Source: an uncultured Dehalococcoidia bacterium
GTDB lineage: Bacteria; Chloroflexota; Dehalococcoidia; Lucifugimonadales; CAUZEB01
Direction of reading: 5' to 3'
Length of the DNA: 53,439 nt
Assembly: GCA_964431885.1 (NCBI GenBank)
Contig: CAYSLK010000012.1
Location: 1-53,439, forward strand
The notes beneath the pieces are model-generated. The model was not told where the DNA came from, did not search any database, and was given only the letters and a program-made list of their open reading frames with translations. Below are positions 1 through 10,863 of this stretch, piece after piece. The position numbers were made by a program, and so were the translations under genes. The stretch's first letter is position 1. Every line of letters starts with the position of its first letter.

Positions 1-2279
1 CTCCGAAGAAACACTAAGTTTCCTTTATGTTCAGAAACAGCCACATTGTAATTGACTATCCTCGGTAATACCTCAGCCAGTTCGGTTAGTTCATGATAAT
101 GTGTGGCAAATAACGTCTTGCAACCTAACCTAGGGTGATTATGAATGTATTCAGCAACTGATCTGGCTATAGCAAGGCCGTCATATGTACTTGTACCTCT
201 GCCTATTTCATCGAGAACAATCAGAGAGTTTTCCGTGGCATGATTTAAAATACCAGCTGTCTCTATCATTTCCACCATGAAAGTTGATTGTCCTGTCGTA
301 AGATCGTCCTGTAGACCAACACGAGTGAAAATCCTGTCTACTATACCTATAGACGCTGATTCAGCTGGTACAAAACTACCGATTTGAGACAGGAGAACTA
401 TCAATGCGACTTGGCGTATATACGTAGACTTCCCCGCCATATTGGGCCCAGTCAAGATAACAATCTGTTCATTCCGATTAGAAAGTCGAGTGTCATTTGG
501 AACAAAAGAACTCCCATCCAGAACTCGCTCCACTACAGGGTGCCGCCCTTGGTTAATTATCAGATTTTCATCATCATTTACTTCAGGACGAACATATTCA
601 TATCTAGAAGCAGCAAATGCCAACGAACATGAACCGTCAATATGAGCTATAGCCTGTGCTGTATCCATAACGGCAGTGGACATATCTCCTAACTGCTGGC
701 AAATCTGCCGAAACAGCCTATGCTCTACATCTGATATTCGACCCTGTGCATCTAAGATTTGCGATTCGTACTCCTTCATTTCTGGAGTTATATATCTCTC
801 ACCACCGACAAGCGTTTGCCGGCGTATATACTCCTCAGGGACATTGTGAAGATTCGATTTACTAATCTCAATATAGTATCCAAAAACTTTGTTATAACCA
901 ACTTTCAAATTCTTTATTTCAGTTCTCTGGCGTTCCTTCTTTTCCAAACTCGCTATATAATCTTGTGCTTTTCGTGAAGAATTTCTTATGGAATCGAGTT
1001 CCGGTGAAAAGTTTGGCTTAATAACTGTACCTTCTCCAACTATAGCAGATGGGTCATCATTAATTGAGTTCCTAACTAGAAGGACAATTTCTTTATTATC
1101 TCGAATATTTTTATAGAGCCAAGACACGTTTTTATAATCTTCACCATCTTTTAGGACAGACTTCAATTGAGGAGCCATCTCAAGACTACTTGCCAACGAT
1201 AACAAATCTCTCGGATTGGCAGTATGTCCACGGACCTTATTAATCAATCTTTCCAAATCAGCTACATTTTCTAGTATGGAAAATGTCCTGTCACGGCGGA
1301 GTGAACTATTATAAAACCATTGAACAGCATCCAATCTTTTATTGATATCTTTAACATTCAATAACGGTTGACCCAGCCAACGTCTAAGCAATCGACCGCC
1401 CATTGAAGTTTTCGTATTATCAAGCATCGAGAGAAGAGATGATTTTGATGTGCCCCACCGTCCGGCTTCGAAAAGTTCCAGATTATTTATAGTCTGCTGA
1501 TCCAGCTGCATATAATACTCCATAGAGTCCGTATGCAGGTTAGTCAACTGAGTAACTGAACGCTTCTGTGTTCTAGATAGATAATCTATAATACCGCCAG
1601 CAGCACTGATCGCTAAAGGTAACCTCTCACATCCATATGATTCTAGTGATGAAACTCCGAAATGACGTAAAAGTGTTTCGGTTGTCCATTCTAAATTAAA
1701 TGTTTCCGGTTCTATCATGGTAATGTTACCAATGTTATATTGGAGTAGGTTTTGGCATTCCTCCGTCACTAATAATTCAGAGGGCGCTAAACGACTTAAT
1801 TCGATACCCACCCGGGGCAAAGGTAACTGACAGGTTGTAAACTGACTAGTGGTGATGTCAACGTAAGCCAAGCCAGCAAAATCGTCTCTAATGACAACTG
1901 CTGCAAGATAATTGTTAGTTTTTTTATCCAACAACGACTCTTCTACAATAGTGCCAGGAGTGACCACTCGCACGACTTCTCTATCCACAATACCCTTTGA
2001 TGTTGCTGGATCACTTGTTTGTTCACATATTGCGACCTTATGACCATTTCTTATCAAGCGAGCTAAATATCCTTCTAACGAGTGATAGGGGATTCCTGCC
2101 AATGGTACTCTATGTCCAGCACCAAACTCTCGAGATGTGAGTGCTATTTCAAGTTCTCTCGAAATTAACTTCGCATCGTCATCGAAGGTCTCGTAAAAGT
2201 CCCCCATACGAAACAGGAGAATATCGCCCTGATATTCTTTTTTTATTCGCAAATATTGTCTTCTAGCTGGAGTTGTCAT
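1..2279 (-). CDS. mutS: DNA mismatch repair protein MutS, N-terminal ~759 codons (C-terminus lies beyond the left edge)
   Basis: My translation of the minus strand from the ATG at 2279 gives MTTPARRQYLRIKKEYQGDILLFRMGDFYETFDDDA. Walker A GPNMAGKST, STFMVEM and DEIGRGTSTYDG are encoded at about 130-450. The frame at the left edge still reads ...HYHELTELAEVLPRIVNYNVAVSEHKGNLVFLR. No stop-bounded minus ORF is listed here, consistent with one open frame running off the window. Confidence 0.9.
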   Translation of the reverse strand, partial: MTTPARRQYLRIKKEYQGDILLFRMGDFYETFDDDAKLISRELEIALTSREFGAGHRVPLAGIPYHSLEGYLARLIRNGHKVAICEQTSDPATSKGIVDREVVRVVTPGTIVEESLLDKKTNNYLAAVVIRDDFAGLAYVDITTSQFTTCQLPLPRVGIELSRLAPSELLVTEECQNLLQYNIGNITMIEPETFNLEWTTETLLRHFGVSSLESYGCERLPLAISAAGGIIDYLSRTQKRSVTQLTNLHTDSMEYYMQLDQQTINNLELFEAGRWGTSKSSLLSMLDNTKTSMGGRLLRRWLGQPLLNVKDINKRLDAVQWFYNSSLRRDRTFSILENVADLERLINKVRGHTANPRDLLSLASSLEMAPQLKSVLKDGEDYKNVSWLYKNIRDNKEIVLLVRNSINDDPSAIVGEGTVIKPNFSPELDSIRNSSRKAQDYIASLEKKERQRTEIKNLKVGYNKVFGYYIEISKSNLHNVPEEYIRRQTLVGGERYITPEMKEYESQILDAQGRISDVEHRLFRQICQQLGDMSTAVMDTAQAIAHIDGSCSLAFAASRYEYVRPEVNDDENLIINQGRHPVVERVLDGSSFVPNDTRLSNRNEQIVILTGPNMAGKSTYIRQVALIVLLSQIGSFVPAESASIGIVDRIFTRVGLQDDLTTGQSTFMVEMIETAGILNHATENSLIVLDEIGRGTSTYDGLAIARSVAEYIHNHPRLGCKTLFATHYHELTELAEVLPRIVNYNVAVSEHKGNLVFLR

Positions 2280-2323
2280 TCTATCATTTTCTTTGTATTC
2301 TGTGATGAATTCTCTCAGGCTTC

Positions 2324-4411
2324 TTATGGATCGGGAGTCTCTGGCACATAAACAAAATGGGCTGACTTTCTCCATAGATCTATCTTCATCAACTTTAAAT
2401 TCACTATATCGCCAGGAGTGAAGATGATAGGTAGCATAGCTCTTATCCTAAAAGGGTAATTCTCCAACTCCAGAATTGCGGAGCGTCCGGTCTGATGTTC
2501 CAGTACAACTGCTTTAATCAACTCGGATTCTACGTTGGATGGACAAAGAAATGACTTATTCAGATATTTAAGAAACCAATATCTTTTCCTCTCTTCTTCA
2601 ATTCGGGATAAGTCTTTAAGCTGTATTTTAGCTCTATCCATAACCTGAATCATATCTTCCGTTGAGTAAAGAGTTTTCCCTTTCTCTAAAAAGTAACTGA
2701 TTTGTCGTTGCATTACCAGATCAGGATAACGCCTGAGCGGTGAAGTTAGTTGGACATAAGTGGATACCCCTAATCCCATATGAGGGTGCGGGGCGCTATT
2801 CAGCTCAGCAGGCGGCAACCGACGCATCATAAGATACCGTAATAACGGATCTGTTGATACCTTCTTAAGGTCACTGCCATTTACCTCAGAACGATTCGTT
2901 TCATTTAAGCTCTGAGTCCTATAGATTGCCGGAAGACCATTATTATTGCAAAACTCAGCGAGCGTAGAATTATACAGAATCATAAATTCTGCAACCATAT
3001 CTCTAGCTTTAGAGGAACCTACTGACACATCTACATTAACATCGCCTTCTTTTGTTACTTTTATAGTCATTTCAGGTCTATTGAAAGTTAGTCCTCCCTC
3101 AGATTCCCTCTTCTGATGTAATCTTTGAGATAGTCTAAACAGTGCATTAATTATAAAATGCTTAGGGTCTGCACTGTCTGAAATGGCATTTTCTGCATCT
3201 TTATACGAGAGAGAAGACTGGCACATGATAACTGAAGGCATCAATTCCCAATCTAGAATTTCACCATTTTCATCACATTCTAGTATGAGACTAAGGGTAG
3301 CTCTTTTGACGCCTGGAAGAAGACTACCCATATCGTTACCGATTTCTAGCGGTAACATTGGGATGTTTCTTTCCGGTAAATATAAAGTGGCCATCCGAAT
3401 TTGAGCTTCATGATCAATAGCACTATTAGGAGGTACGATCGCTCCTGCATCAGCAATATGTATTCCAAGACGGTACGCAACTGGTGTTTTACCATCTTTT
3501 GAGCTTAGTTCTACGGACAGCGACAGCCCGTCATCCTTATCAATCGAACCTTCATCATCGATTGTGGTTACAGGATATGATGTCAAATCTACTCTTCGGG
3601 GATCCTCTAAAATACTGGTTAAATTTAACGATTGTACTTCAGTAGAGACAATCTCAGGAAAGGTCGTCGAAATTTCAGACCTAGCCAATTCTAACGGTTC
3701 ATCATCTGTCAGCAATTTAGCCTTTACCAAAATTTCGAAACTGAACTTCTGTGGGTCTCGTGTCTCACTATTTACAAGGCCGACTAGTTTACGAACAAAG
3801 TTATTCCTTGCAAAATTCTCACCATCGATAACATAACGTTTAATGTACAGCACTAACTTCTCTTGGTACGGCGTAACATTAGGAGGTAAATTACCGGTCA
3901 CTAAGTAGTTCATAAGCTCAATCTCCATACGTGCGTTTTCGCTCGCGATACTACGTCGTTTCCAAATATTCTCTACATCCTCTTTTGAACGTGCTTTGTA
4001 TTTCTCTCCCTCACTGAAAAAGTACACGATATCAGGATTTTCCAATTGGAAAAGAAGAGCGACTTGTCTAACAGGAACGGGAAGCTCCATGTTCCAATAA
4101 AGTTCGTTGAGCTCCTTCAAGGTAAGTCCACGTTCTTGATCCCTTGTGATCTCCCAAATCTCAGATAAATCTATATTTTTAGATAAAGCTTCACATTCTG
4201 CGGTGAACTTTTCAACTGTGTCAGAATCTCGAGCAACTACTCCAGTCGATAACAATATTCTGCTATGCGGAAGTCTAGCTTCTTTATTACGAGCAGTTAA
4301 TATACGAACTTTCTTTGATTTAGTCGATTTACACAAGCTCTGACGGTCTATGGCTCTCACAACACTAAGCCCACTGCCCAGTCGAGCCACAACGATCTCA
4401 TAAGGTTGCAC
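2324..4411 (-). CDS. rnr: RNase II/R-family 3'-5' exoribonuclease (VacB/RNase R-like), 695 aa
   Basis: The ORF-track product carries RNB-domain signatures IDDEGSIDKDDGLSL and HMGLGVSTYVQLTSPLRRYPDLVMQRQI. It has a GTG start and a TAA stop and lies 44 nt upstream of mutS on the same strand. Confidence 0.85.
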   Translation of the reverse strand: MQPYEIVVARLGSGLSVVRAIDRQSLCKSTKSKKVRILTARNKEARLPHSRILLSTGVVARDSDTVEKFTAECEALSKNIDLSEIWEITRDQERGLTLKELNELYWNMELPVPVRQVALLFQLENPDIVYFFSEGEKYKARSKEDVENIWKRRSIASENARMEIELMNYLVTGNLPPNVTPYQEKLVLYIKRYVIDGENFARNNFVRKLVGLVNSETRDPQKFSFEILVKAKLLTDDEPLELARSEISTTFPEIVSTEVQSLNLTSILEDPRRVDLTSYPVTTIDDEGSIDKDDGLSLSVELSSKDGKTPVAYRLGIHIADAGAIVPPNSAIDHEAQIRMATLYLPERNIPMLPLEIGNDMGSLLPGVKRATLSLILECDENGEILDWELMPSVIMCQSSLSYKDAENAISDSADPKHFIINALFRLSQRLHQKRESEGGLTFNRPEMTIKVTKEGDVNVDVSVGSSKARDMVAEFMILYNSTLAEFCNNNGLPAIYRTQSLNETNRSEVNGSDLKKVSTDPLLRYLMMRRLPPAELNSAPHPHMGLGVSTYVQLTSPLRRYPDLVMQRQISYFLEKGKTLYSTEDMIQVMDRAKIQLKDLSRIEEERKRYWFLKYLNKSFLCPSNVESELIKAVVLEHQTGRSAILELENYPFRIRAMLPIIFTPGDIVNLKLMKIDLWRKSAHFVYVPETPDP

Positions 4412-4451
4412 TTACAAGCCACCCTTTCTGCTTCTTATACAGTGACCATAT

Positions 4452-5165
4452 TTAAAAACTCTTTATGACCTGTGATTGAATTTTAAGAAGTTGTTCTATG
4501 CCTTCATTGGCTAAAGTTAACACATCAGCAAGTATTATCGGAGAAAACGGTTTCGTTTCAGCTGTGCCTTGTATTTCCACAAACTCCCCCTGATCTGTCA
4601 TAACCACATTAAAATCTGTCTCTGCCAGCACATCTTCTTCATAGGCCATATCTAATACAGGAATATCATTAATTATCCCGACACTGACAGCAGCCACGCC
4701 ATTTATAATAGGTAGACACTGAATGTCATTCCTTTCTTTCATGGTAAGCAATGCTTGATAAAGAGCCACATATGCTCCAGTGATGGATGCAGTGCGTGTC
4801 CCGCCGTCGGCCTGAATAACGTCACAGTCTATATTTAAAGTACGTTCACCCAAGATCTGCATATCGACTGTTGCTCTAAGGGATCTCCCTATAAGGCGTT
4901 GTATTTCGCTAGCTCGTCCTCCTGTGCGTGAATCACGCGAAATGCGAGTCAACGTTGAGCTAGGTAACATCGCATATTCCGCAGTTATCCAACCTCTTCC
5001 AGTCCCTTTAAGAAACTTTGGCACACCATCTTCTACGGTCACTGAACATAATATACGAGTTAATCCCGCCTCTATAATAACCGAGCCTTCGGCGTACGAC
5101 TGAAGGTCAGGAGTTATAGTAACCGGTCTAAGTTCATTATGTAAACGTCCATCAAATCTTTTCAA
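4452..5165 (-). CDS. rph: Ribonuclease PH, 237 aa
   Basis: The product is RNase PH-like over its full length: RFDGRLHNELRPV..., GRASEIQRLIGRSLR, DCDVIQADGGTRTASITGA. It has a TTG start and a TAA stop. Confidence 0.92.
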   Translation of the reverse strand: MKRFDGRLHNELRPVTITPDLQSYAEGSVIIEAGLTRILCSVTVEDGVPKFLKGTGRGWITAEYAMLPSSTLTRISRDSRTGGRASEIQRLIGRSLRATVDMQILGERTLNIDCDVIQADGGTRTASITGAYVALYQALLTMKERNDIQCLPIINGVAAVSVGIINDIPVLDMAYEEDVLAETDFNVVMTDQGEFVEIQGTAETKPFSPIILADVLTLANEGIEQLLKIQSQVIKSF

Positions 5166-5437
5166 AAGATATATCCTCTTAACAATTCCGTGAGGAAGTA
5201 TAGATTAACACACCCAAAGAGAGCTACGTGATACTTTAGATTAGTACTATTATCCGTAATCAAGTGTGAAGATATCCGAATCTTAGGAACAGAGATAAGG
5301 CCTATACCTCAACATACATCCCAATTGCAGATGTGATAATAAGTTAACTTATCAATCAGATCTTAATACTATAGCGAAGAAAGGCATACTGCCAAATTAC
5401 GGATAATCCATATTCAATTAAGAAAGTTTTCTATTTA

Positions 5438-7222
5438 CTAATGTTTGGGAGCAGGGGTTATCTCAGTGTCCAAACTAAGTTGTCCCCGTTCTTTTCTCAT
5501 TAACTCTCTAGTCTTAGCTGTCCTGGCTAAATCTATTACCATAGTCTCAGATTCGACAATCACTCCATAATCCTCTTTTGCCTTACCAAAAGATATCTTT
5601 TCTTGTAAAAGGTCATTTAACACCGCTTCAGGGTCGCGATCAAGCGGGTCTCCATAGCCTCCGGCTCCTGCCTGTATCAGTCTGTAAACATCGTTTTTCT
5701 TCATGTCAAGTAAGAATTTAGAAGGCAGTAATCGATTCTCAGTATCAGGGTTGAGAAAACTATAAGTGCGTGTTCCTGGTTTTCCTCCTTGAGCGCCCCA
5801 TGGCAGAAATTTAGTTCTGTCAGATCGAATCTGTAGGGTCGCTTCTTCTTGTAACAGCTTATATTCACGTATCATACCTAATCCACCACGATGCTTTCCT
5901 GCTCCAGCGGAATCCTGAACATATCCATATTTAGTTATTAGTAAAGGCTGATCGGATTCTATAGTTTCAATATGGGTATTGTCAATATTGGTTATAGGAG
6001 CCGCAGCAACATATTCTCAGTCATCGAATGGAGTGCCTACGCGAGGTCCATCATTATTGAATTCAACAAATACGAAGGGTTTTCCGCCTGGAAAGTATCC
6101 ACCTATGCTAACACCTACTTCGCCACCTCCCCAGGCACCGGGTACTTGATCGGGAAGTGCTCTACTCATAGCTCCAAACACAGCCGAACCTATTCTGAAA
6201 CCCCCAACCCCTCGAGCTGCCACAGGCGCGGGATGTTGAGGATCGACATAACTCCCCGGCTCGGTTATAACTTTTATAGGACGGAAAAACCCAGTATTGC
6301 CCGGTATATTAGGATTAGTAAGACATTTAATTGCTGCATAAGTCGCAGATTTGGTAAAAGCCAAATTTGGATTTATGGAACCTTTCGCCTGAGGAGATGT
6401 GCCAGTGAAATCCACCTCCATTTCATCACCAGTAATTGTTACTTTAACTTTGATAGCTATGGATTCAGGGTTAATACCATCATCATCAATGTAGTCCGTA
6501 AATTCCCAAGAACCATTCGGTAACGATTCAATTTCTGCCCTTGTTAATCTTTCTGTATGGTCGATGATGTCCGTCATATAACCTTTTAGCGGTTCAGGTC
6601 CATACCCCTCAACCAGTCTAAGATAATCCTGTTCACCTTGTCGTAAGGCTGAAACTTGGGCAAGAATATCGCCCAGAACCTTATCAGGCACACGGACATT
6701 CTTAGTAATAATACGCCAGACCGCGCTATTGATTTCGCCTCTATCAAATAATTTAATCGGGGGAATCCTCAATCCTTCTTGATATATTTCAGTATTATCA
6801 CAGGCATTTCCGCCAGCGACCCGACCTCCAATATCTGTATGATGAGCTATCACACAAACCCAACCCATCAGCAATTCGTTATAGAAGACGGGCTTAAAAA
6901 GGAAGATGTCTGGCAAATGACTCGCACCCTCATACGGATCATTATTTGCAAATATATCCTCAGGATTAATATCGTCGCCGAATTGCGCGATTACTGCGTC
7001 TAAGGCCGGTTGCATAGCACCCATATGGAAAGGTAATGTCAGCCCTTGAGCAACCTGTTCTCCATCGGCATTAAAGATGGCAGTTGAAAAATCCATCCCA
7101 TCCTTAACGACTAGAGACCGTGCAGTTCTAACAACCGTAACAGCCATAGTATCAGCGGCACTGGCAAGAGAATTCTTTATTATCTCTCTGGTAACTGGAT
7201 CTAATGTCTGAGACTTACTCAC
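5438..7222 (-). CDS. Hydantoinase B/oxoprolinase-family protein, 594 codons, interrupted only by an in-frame TGA at 6017-6019 (possible Sec, readthrough or nonsense lesion)
   Basis: Track ORFs 6017..7222 and 5438..5875 are in the same frame (1785 nt, divisible by 3). I translated 5876-6016 as EYVAAAPITNIDNTHIETIESDQPLLITKYGYVQDSAGAGKHRGGLG. It is open, joins onto MIREYKLL... and contains the family DSxGAGxxRGGLG motif. The GTG start at 7222 is preceded by GAGG, and the stop is TAG. Confidence 0.8.
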
Positions 7223-7278
7223 TATAATACCTCTCTAATTTCCTGAAGTGGATACTAAAAGTAAAAACACCTATATCA

Positions 7279-8652
7279 CTAATTATGTTTTTTTAAAGTT
7301 ATGTTTTTCATTTCATCCAAAGATGTTTGCCATCCAGGAGGTACAACAGTTGTAGAATCATACTCCTCAATAATTAGTGGCCCCGGATTGACGCCATTTG
7401 CTAAATCTAATCTATCAATTACAGGAGTGTCGATCCAGCTATTCGCAGAGACGAAAAATACTTTCCTGGTTTGATTCTTGTGTTCGCGAGGCACGGAGGT
7501 GAATTCTATCCTATCAGGTACTCGCGGAGAGTCCGATATTCCTCTAGCCACTACTCTAATGTTGACTAATTGGTATGGATCCTGAGCACTATATCCATAG
7601 GTTTTCTCATGCTCACGATCGAATTCCACACCCAATGCTTCGACGGAATTAAGATTAAAATAATCATGCTCCATATTTACGGTGAGCTCGGAGGTTTGAC
7701 CAATGTATTTCATGTCAATTTGAGTGATTATCTGATGGTTATCTACGGAGAAGCCTTCTGCAGATAAGAGTCCCTTTCCTTGATTTCTAAGATCATTTAA
7801 TATTGAATTTGCCTCATCCAAATCCAATTCCGAAAATGCCTTAAAATAAGTCCGAACGAAATGATGCTCCACGTCTGCAAACAGGAGTCCAAAAGCACTA
7901 AACACCCCTGGTGAAGGAGGGATTATTATTTGAGTTATGTCAAGCATATCGGCGAGACCGGTTGCATGGATAGGACCTCCTCCTCCAAAGGCCGTTAGAT
8001 CGAATAGACGAGGGTCTCGTCCACGTTCGCTGGACACAGCCCGCAAAGCTCGAGCCATATTTGAATTAACAAGGAGATGGATACCACGAGCAGCTTCAGT
8101 ATCATTCAAACCAAGTGGGCCGCCTATCTTATCAGCAACAGACTGACGGGCTTTCTCTCCATTCAACGGGAATCCTCCGCCTAATAAATGTTGTGGATTA
8201 AGGTATCCCAGCATTACATTTGCATCAGTTACCGTAGGGTCTTCACCGCCATTGTCATAGCAGACCGGACCGGGAACCGCGCCTGCACTATGGGGACCCA
8301 CTTGTAAGGATCCTCCTCTATCCACCCAGGCTATACTTCCTCCACCAGAACTTACTTCAGCTATGTCTATAGCTGGCACTCGAAGTATATATCCGGAACC
8401 TTTGAGAAGCCTATGGCCGGAACTCATCCCTCCGCCAACTTCATAATCAGGAGCTCTAAGCATATCTCCATCCTCTATAATAGAGGCCTTAGCAGTTGTA
8501 CCTCCCATGTCGAACGTCATTAAATTAGGTTTCTCTAACCTTTTCCCTAACTGAAAAGCGCCTACCACACCTGCTGCAGGTCCAGATTCAATGCAATACA
8601 TAGGCTTATCGACTACAACTTCCACTGGAGCTAGTCCACCATTGGATTGCAT
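7279..8652 (-). pseudogene. Hydantoinase A/oxoprolinase-family gene, C-terminal (hydantoinase_A domain) part of a frameshifted reading frame
   Basis: The 457-aa product starts MQSNGGLAPVEVVVDKP, the family's conserved IMQSNGG entry into the ATPase domain. It overlaps the N-terminal fragment in a different frame (9394 and 8652 differ modulo 3). Confidence 0.8.
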
Positions 8653-9367
8653 TATCGTAAGTGGAACCTTGACTCCCTTTTTGCATTTTTATGCTCAGTT
8701 CCGTCAAATATTCCGCTACAACCGGTCTAACATAGGCGTTAATCACGGTAGTACTGGTTCGTTCATATTCCTTCATTTCAGGAAGAAGTTCACTCGAAAT
8801 GGATAAAACCAATTCAGGCATTATCGAATTTAGTCTAGCCACTATTTTTTGCTCGTGATCTGGATTCGCATAAGAATGCATAAGAGATATCGCCACCGAT
8901 CGTATATTTTGCTCCTTTAGAATAGCTGCTATCTTATCAACATCTTCCATTACGATAGGTTGCAGTACTTCACCTTTAAATGTGACCCTTTCTCTAACCT
9001 CGAAGCGAAGTCTTCGTTCCACCAGAGGTGGAGGCTTTTGATAGTACAAATCGTATAGAGTCGGGGTACGTAGCCTAGAAATCTCTAGTACATCTCTAAA
9101 ACCCTCAGTAGTAATTAATGCGGTTCTCTCACCCTTGCCTTCTAAGATAGCGTTAGTCGCCACAGTGAAACCGTGACTCAATTCAGAAATGTTCTCGGGG
9201 CCAATACCGAGCTCTTTAATGCCTTGGGCAAGACCCTCTAAGACCGCACGTCCATAATCGTCTGGAGTACTGGCAACCTTTTTCACTAATACGGTGCCAT
9301 CGTGCCCCAGGAAAACGACATCTGTAAACGTTCCTCCGATATCTGCTCCAGCTCTATATAAATCCAT
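8606..9367 (-). pseudogene. Hydantoinase A/oxoprolinase-family gene, N-terminal (Hydant_A_N) part of the same frameshifted reading frame
   Basis: It encodes MDLYRAGADIGGTFTDVV... (ATG at 9367 preceded by AAGGA; the track ORF extends to 9394). The frame is lost after ...ELSIKMQK at the A5 run (T5 on the plus strand, 8678-8682). Deleting one A restores MQKGVKVPLTIMQSNGGL. Confidence 0.8.
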
Positions 9368-9547
9368 CTTTATATCCTTTTGATAGAAGACCACGCTATG
9401 TTAATTTTAGTACGGGGCAAGCCCGCCAGTGAAGCTCCTAACCGAATTTTTATTAATTAGTTATGAATCTTATCACATGGTTGCTATTTCAATATATTAT
9501 CTCTTACCAAACGTTACATTGACTGCTCTAATCTATTAAATACTTCT

Positions 9548-10687
9548 CTATCGAAAATTATCATCATCATTCTTAGGTATTGCAACCGACTCCGTAAAAT
9601 CGGATTCCGGAGACATAACCAATTTGCGAATCGGATAGTTAATTTCTATCCCTTCTTGATTAAACCGGGCATATAAATTTTTAATGATCGCACTCTTTAT
9701 CGCGAAACTGGCAATACGGTCCATAGCTTGAAAGATAATAACGAAATTCACATTCGAGTCTCCAAATTCTGAGAATCGAACGACTGGTTCAAAATCTTTG
9801 ACCGCCAGTTCTGATTCATTGATGACTGTTTTAGTAACATCGATTGATATGTTCTCTACCTGCTCGAGGTCTGATTCATAACTAACTCCACATTCCACTA
9901 TACCGGTAAGGACTGGCGATGGAGTAGAATAGTTCGTCAAAATGCTATCTGTAAGCTTGTTATTAGGAATAATAACAAGATTGTTAAGCCTACTACGTAT
10001 TCTAGTACTTCTCCAACCTACGTCAACTACAAATCCCGCTAGACCGTTGTCTAGCTCTATGTAATCATTTTCCTTTATCTGTCCCTCAGTTACAACATAA
10101 GTCCCCGCAATGAAACTACTAAGACTAGGAGAGAGCGCCAATGCAACACCTAATCCACCTATTCCTAATCCTGCTAATAATGGGCTTATCGGAACAGTCA
10201 AGATATCTAAAATGATTAGTAGTCCTAACGTGTAGACTAATACGGGGAGAATTCTATTCACTATCGGGATAAATTTATCATCAAGAGTAGTGGTGGTTCG
10301 GGAAGCAAGTTCTTTCACATACCATGTCAACACACCTTGTAATGTTCGAGAGACACCATAAGTTATTACCGTCACAATTGAAATTGACCATATTCTCTGT
10401 ACCCATATCTTCATATCTCTAACCACATCGAAATATGGATCATCAATTTGCATTAAAGATACGATCCCCAGAGCCACACCAGAGAAAACGATCGAAAGCA
10501 TTATTGGACCTTTTACAGCACCAATAAGTTGAATATCTATACTTTCTGGATTTCGAATAGTGCGATACTTCAGGGTCAGACTTAGAATGATATTGGTTAT
10601 AACTGCGAATAAACTCATCACCGATAAAACGCCTAACGCAAATACCGGCCCCCAAATCAGTGATTCGGATATAGCCTCAGGTACCAT
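9548..10687 (-). CDS. MscS-family mechanosensitive ion channel, 379 aa
   Basis: It has an N-terminal multi-TM region followed by the MscS beta-domain pattern ...YIELDNGLAGFVVDVGWRSTRIRSRLNNLVIIPNNKLTDSILTNYS. Confidence 0.8.
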   Translation of the reverse strand: MVPEAISESLIWGPVFALGVLSVMSLFAVITNIILSLTLKYRTIRNPESIDIQLIGAVKGPIMLSIVFSGVALGIVSLMQIDDPYFDVVRDMKIWVQRIWSISIVTVITYGVSRTLQGVLTWYVKELASRTTTTLDDKFIPIVNRILPVLVYTLGLLIILDILTVPISPLLAGLGIGGLGVALALSPSLSSFIAGTYVVTEGQIKENDYIELDNGLAGFVVDVGWRSTRIRSRLNNLVIIPNNKLTDSILTNYSTPSPVLTGIVECGVSYESDLEQVENISIDVTKTVINESELAVKDFEPVVRFSEFGDSNVNFVIIFQAMDRIASFAIKSAIIKNLYARFNQEGIEINYPIRKLVMSPESDFTESVAIPKNDDDNFR

Positions 10688-10829
10688 CCTAGACCTCCAT
10701 AAATTGTTTTCTAAAAAGCTCGCATCTTTAAGCCAAGTATCCTAGATTAGTTTACCCTAGACCTAAATGATGAAGTACATAGACAAGCAGAATGTAATCA
10801 TGCACATAGGAAACTGTCAATATCCCTTT

Positions 10830-10849
10830 TAGAAAGACATGTCTTTCTA
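10830..10849. promoter_or_regulatory. Perfect 20-bp palindrome TAGAAAGACATGTCTTTCTA, candidate operator
   Basis: Read directly: the two 10-nt halves are exact reverse complements. It ends 14 nt upstream of the putative pheS -35 box, in the divergent mscS/pheS spacer, and neither strand has a flanking T-tract. Confidence 0.4.
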
Positions 10850-10863
10850 GAGCACATCTTTCC

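Noticed and set aside
384-977. Plus-strand ORFs of 67-82 aa (384..632, 442..645, 759..977) lie inside the mutS region. Similar antisense or out-of-frame ORFs occur throughout, for example 3183..4343, 5972..6523, 12057..12509, 17109..17351, 34981..35304, 37437..38169 and 47115..47513.
   Set aside because: Each lies entirely within a long ORF that is clearly homologous to a known family, either on the opposite strand or in another frame. They have low-complexity or odd composition and no ribosome-binding site, so I treat them as shadow ORFs.
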